Source of the DNA: Botryllus schlosseri | Taxonomy: Eukaryota | Reading direction: 5' to 3' | DNA length: 64,000 nucleotides | Assembly: GCA_051294905.1 (NCBI GenBank) | Contig: CM119373.1 | Coordinates: 3,350,001-3,414,000 of the forward strand | Shown: positions 62,292 through 64,000 of the stretch, one piece after another | Numbering within the stretch: position 1 is the stretch's first letter | Layout of the letters: every line of letters begins with the position of its first letter | The notes under the pieces: model-generated | The model's database searches: none | What the model was told of the DNA's origin: nothing | What the model saw: only the letters and a program-made list of their open reading frames with translations | Made by a program: the position numbers and the translations under genes

Positions 62292-64000
62292 ACGTACAGT
62301 ATGTTGTGATTCGACCAATCGTGGTTTACGGCCTCCCACAGTGGAAAATATGATCAATGCTATAAGACTTGTTGCTAAATTAACACTCAGATCTCTGTGG
62401 CAAGGAACGTATAATTTGTTTACTCCAAAATATTATTCCTCACTGCTCATACGAATTATCAGAATTCACCCTCAAGTACTCAAAATCATTGTGTCCAGCC
62501 CTAATTATTACGTGTCAGTCACATTCTGTTACTCTGTTACATAACAAAAGCTCTGCTAATAGTCTCAATTATGTTTTCTTGAATTTTTAACGGGTATTAG
62601 TTGCTATTCTTTTCTTGTTACATCTTAGGAATTTTATTACTGTAAACATGCCGGGGTGTAGAGCAAATGTCGCCTACCTTTTAGCCTGATTTTAGCCCAA
62701 TATCTTATCCATAACGTATTGCCATCTTGTCCCTAAGTTACACAGACCGTCACCAGCGGTTTTCCCTTGCCGTTACCAAGTTGAAAACATTACGAATGTG
62801 TGTTATGGCATGATCAGAACGAATGTCTATTTCGCTGATAACATTATCTATAGCTTAGTTGACATTTTTGTTTAATCTGAACTGTTTCCGATGGTCTGTT
62901 ACCAATTCCTAGAATGAAGGGCAAAATACTTTGAATCCTAAATGGAACATAATTTCAATACTTGGCAGTTGCGACTGAAAGTCACACAGAAATTTACTCG
63001 AAAACTTCATGCGACATTGCTTATATAGCCTTCCAGCATACCAGCACAATTTTTGCATTCCCTCCCTTCAGAAAAACCGGAATAAGTTGTGAAATTAGTA
63101 GTCCCTTCCATACATAGACCAGCCCTTGATTTGGCTATCGCGGTACAGCCCACCTTGTTTTAAATGTGCAAAATTATGATTGTAAGCTTTACAATTTACA
63201 TTTACACGTAGGCTAGGTATATTTTGTTTTGTTGGATAGCCTACCGATCGACTGCATTAAAATGAACTTCTCAGTAGCCTAGTTAATTGTGTTTCATTGA
63301 TAATTGGTAACGTTACCTTGTCCCAACCTTGATGATAGTTACTGACCTTTGTACTACTAATACTGGCTGGTTACTGATATTCACTATCGCGCTGGATATT
63401 TTAAATTTTAATACACGGGCCCGCAAACTTTCGTGGGGCTGTGAAGACCTCAAAGTGACTCCACACTCTGATTTGGCATGCATGCAATATCGTCGATAGG
63501 TAGGCTTAGGCTACATTTCATTTGACAGTTGCTGCTGATGATAGGTCTACATTATGGTTTCATTTTCTGTAAGAATAATTAATTTAATATACTCATGACA
63601 CAGTCCATCTGACTTCTGCTGTACTTGACTTTGTTTCGTTTTTAATGAGTAGGCTGCTGTCTCCAAATATCATAATTGATTGTAGGTGTGTCTATGGTAT
63701 TTGGATTTTCCCCCGCCCTAGGAGTTTCATTCCATTGAAATACCTTGCTATTATCCAGGATATATCTGGGAAACACGACATGTACCAGAGATACATCATC
63801 TGCTGTTACCAGATAGATCTATGGGTTCTGGAGTGGGTATATTTTTCTAATGTACTATTAGTGTTTGATCGATCATATTGCTGCATATCTTTTCCTGCTT
63901 ACTTAAGAAATCATGGCATCAACTTGAATCTTAGCAGATTGTTTTGGTTAACTTGAAGCGAAAACATGTTCACATCAATCATGATAACTCGGGCATGTAG

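Overview
Eukaryotic, AT-rich animal genomic DNA that is very dense in transposons; an invertebrate deuterostome such as an ascidian is my guess, not something the sequence proves. There are four host genes. CFAP119/CCDC189 (+) has a single-exon CDS. DPH5 (-) has six coding exons that I could join in phase into 275 aa. RhoBTB (-) and an Ajuba/LIMD1/WTIP three-LIM protein (+) each have a single-exon CDS. Most of the rest is mobile DNA: an intact RTE-like LINE inside a decayed pogo-like transposon, a THAP/Kolobok relic, two tRNA-derived SINEs, two 8-bp-TSD elements full of telomere-like repeats, and many hAT-type MITEs nested several levels deep (one spans ~8.9 kb). The most notable item is a family of short Penelope-like (GIY-YIG) retroelement derivatives with inverted arms. 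Each arm carries a minimal hammerhead ribozyme motif with a possible 6-bp pseudoknot, and intact cores lie in the sense orientation inside a DPH5 intron and between RhoBTB and DPH5. All four host genes have a splice acceptor 21-35 nt before the ATG, compatible with SL trans-splicing. Family assignments are from motif recognition only; no searches were run.
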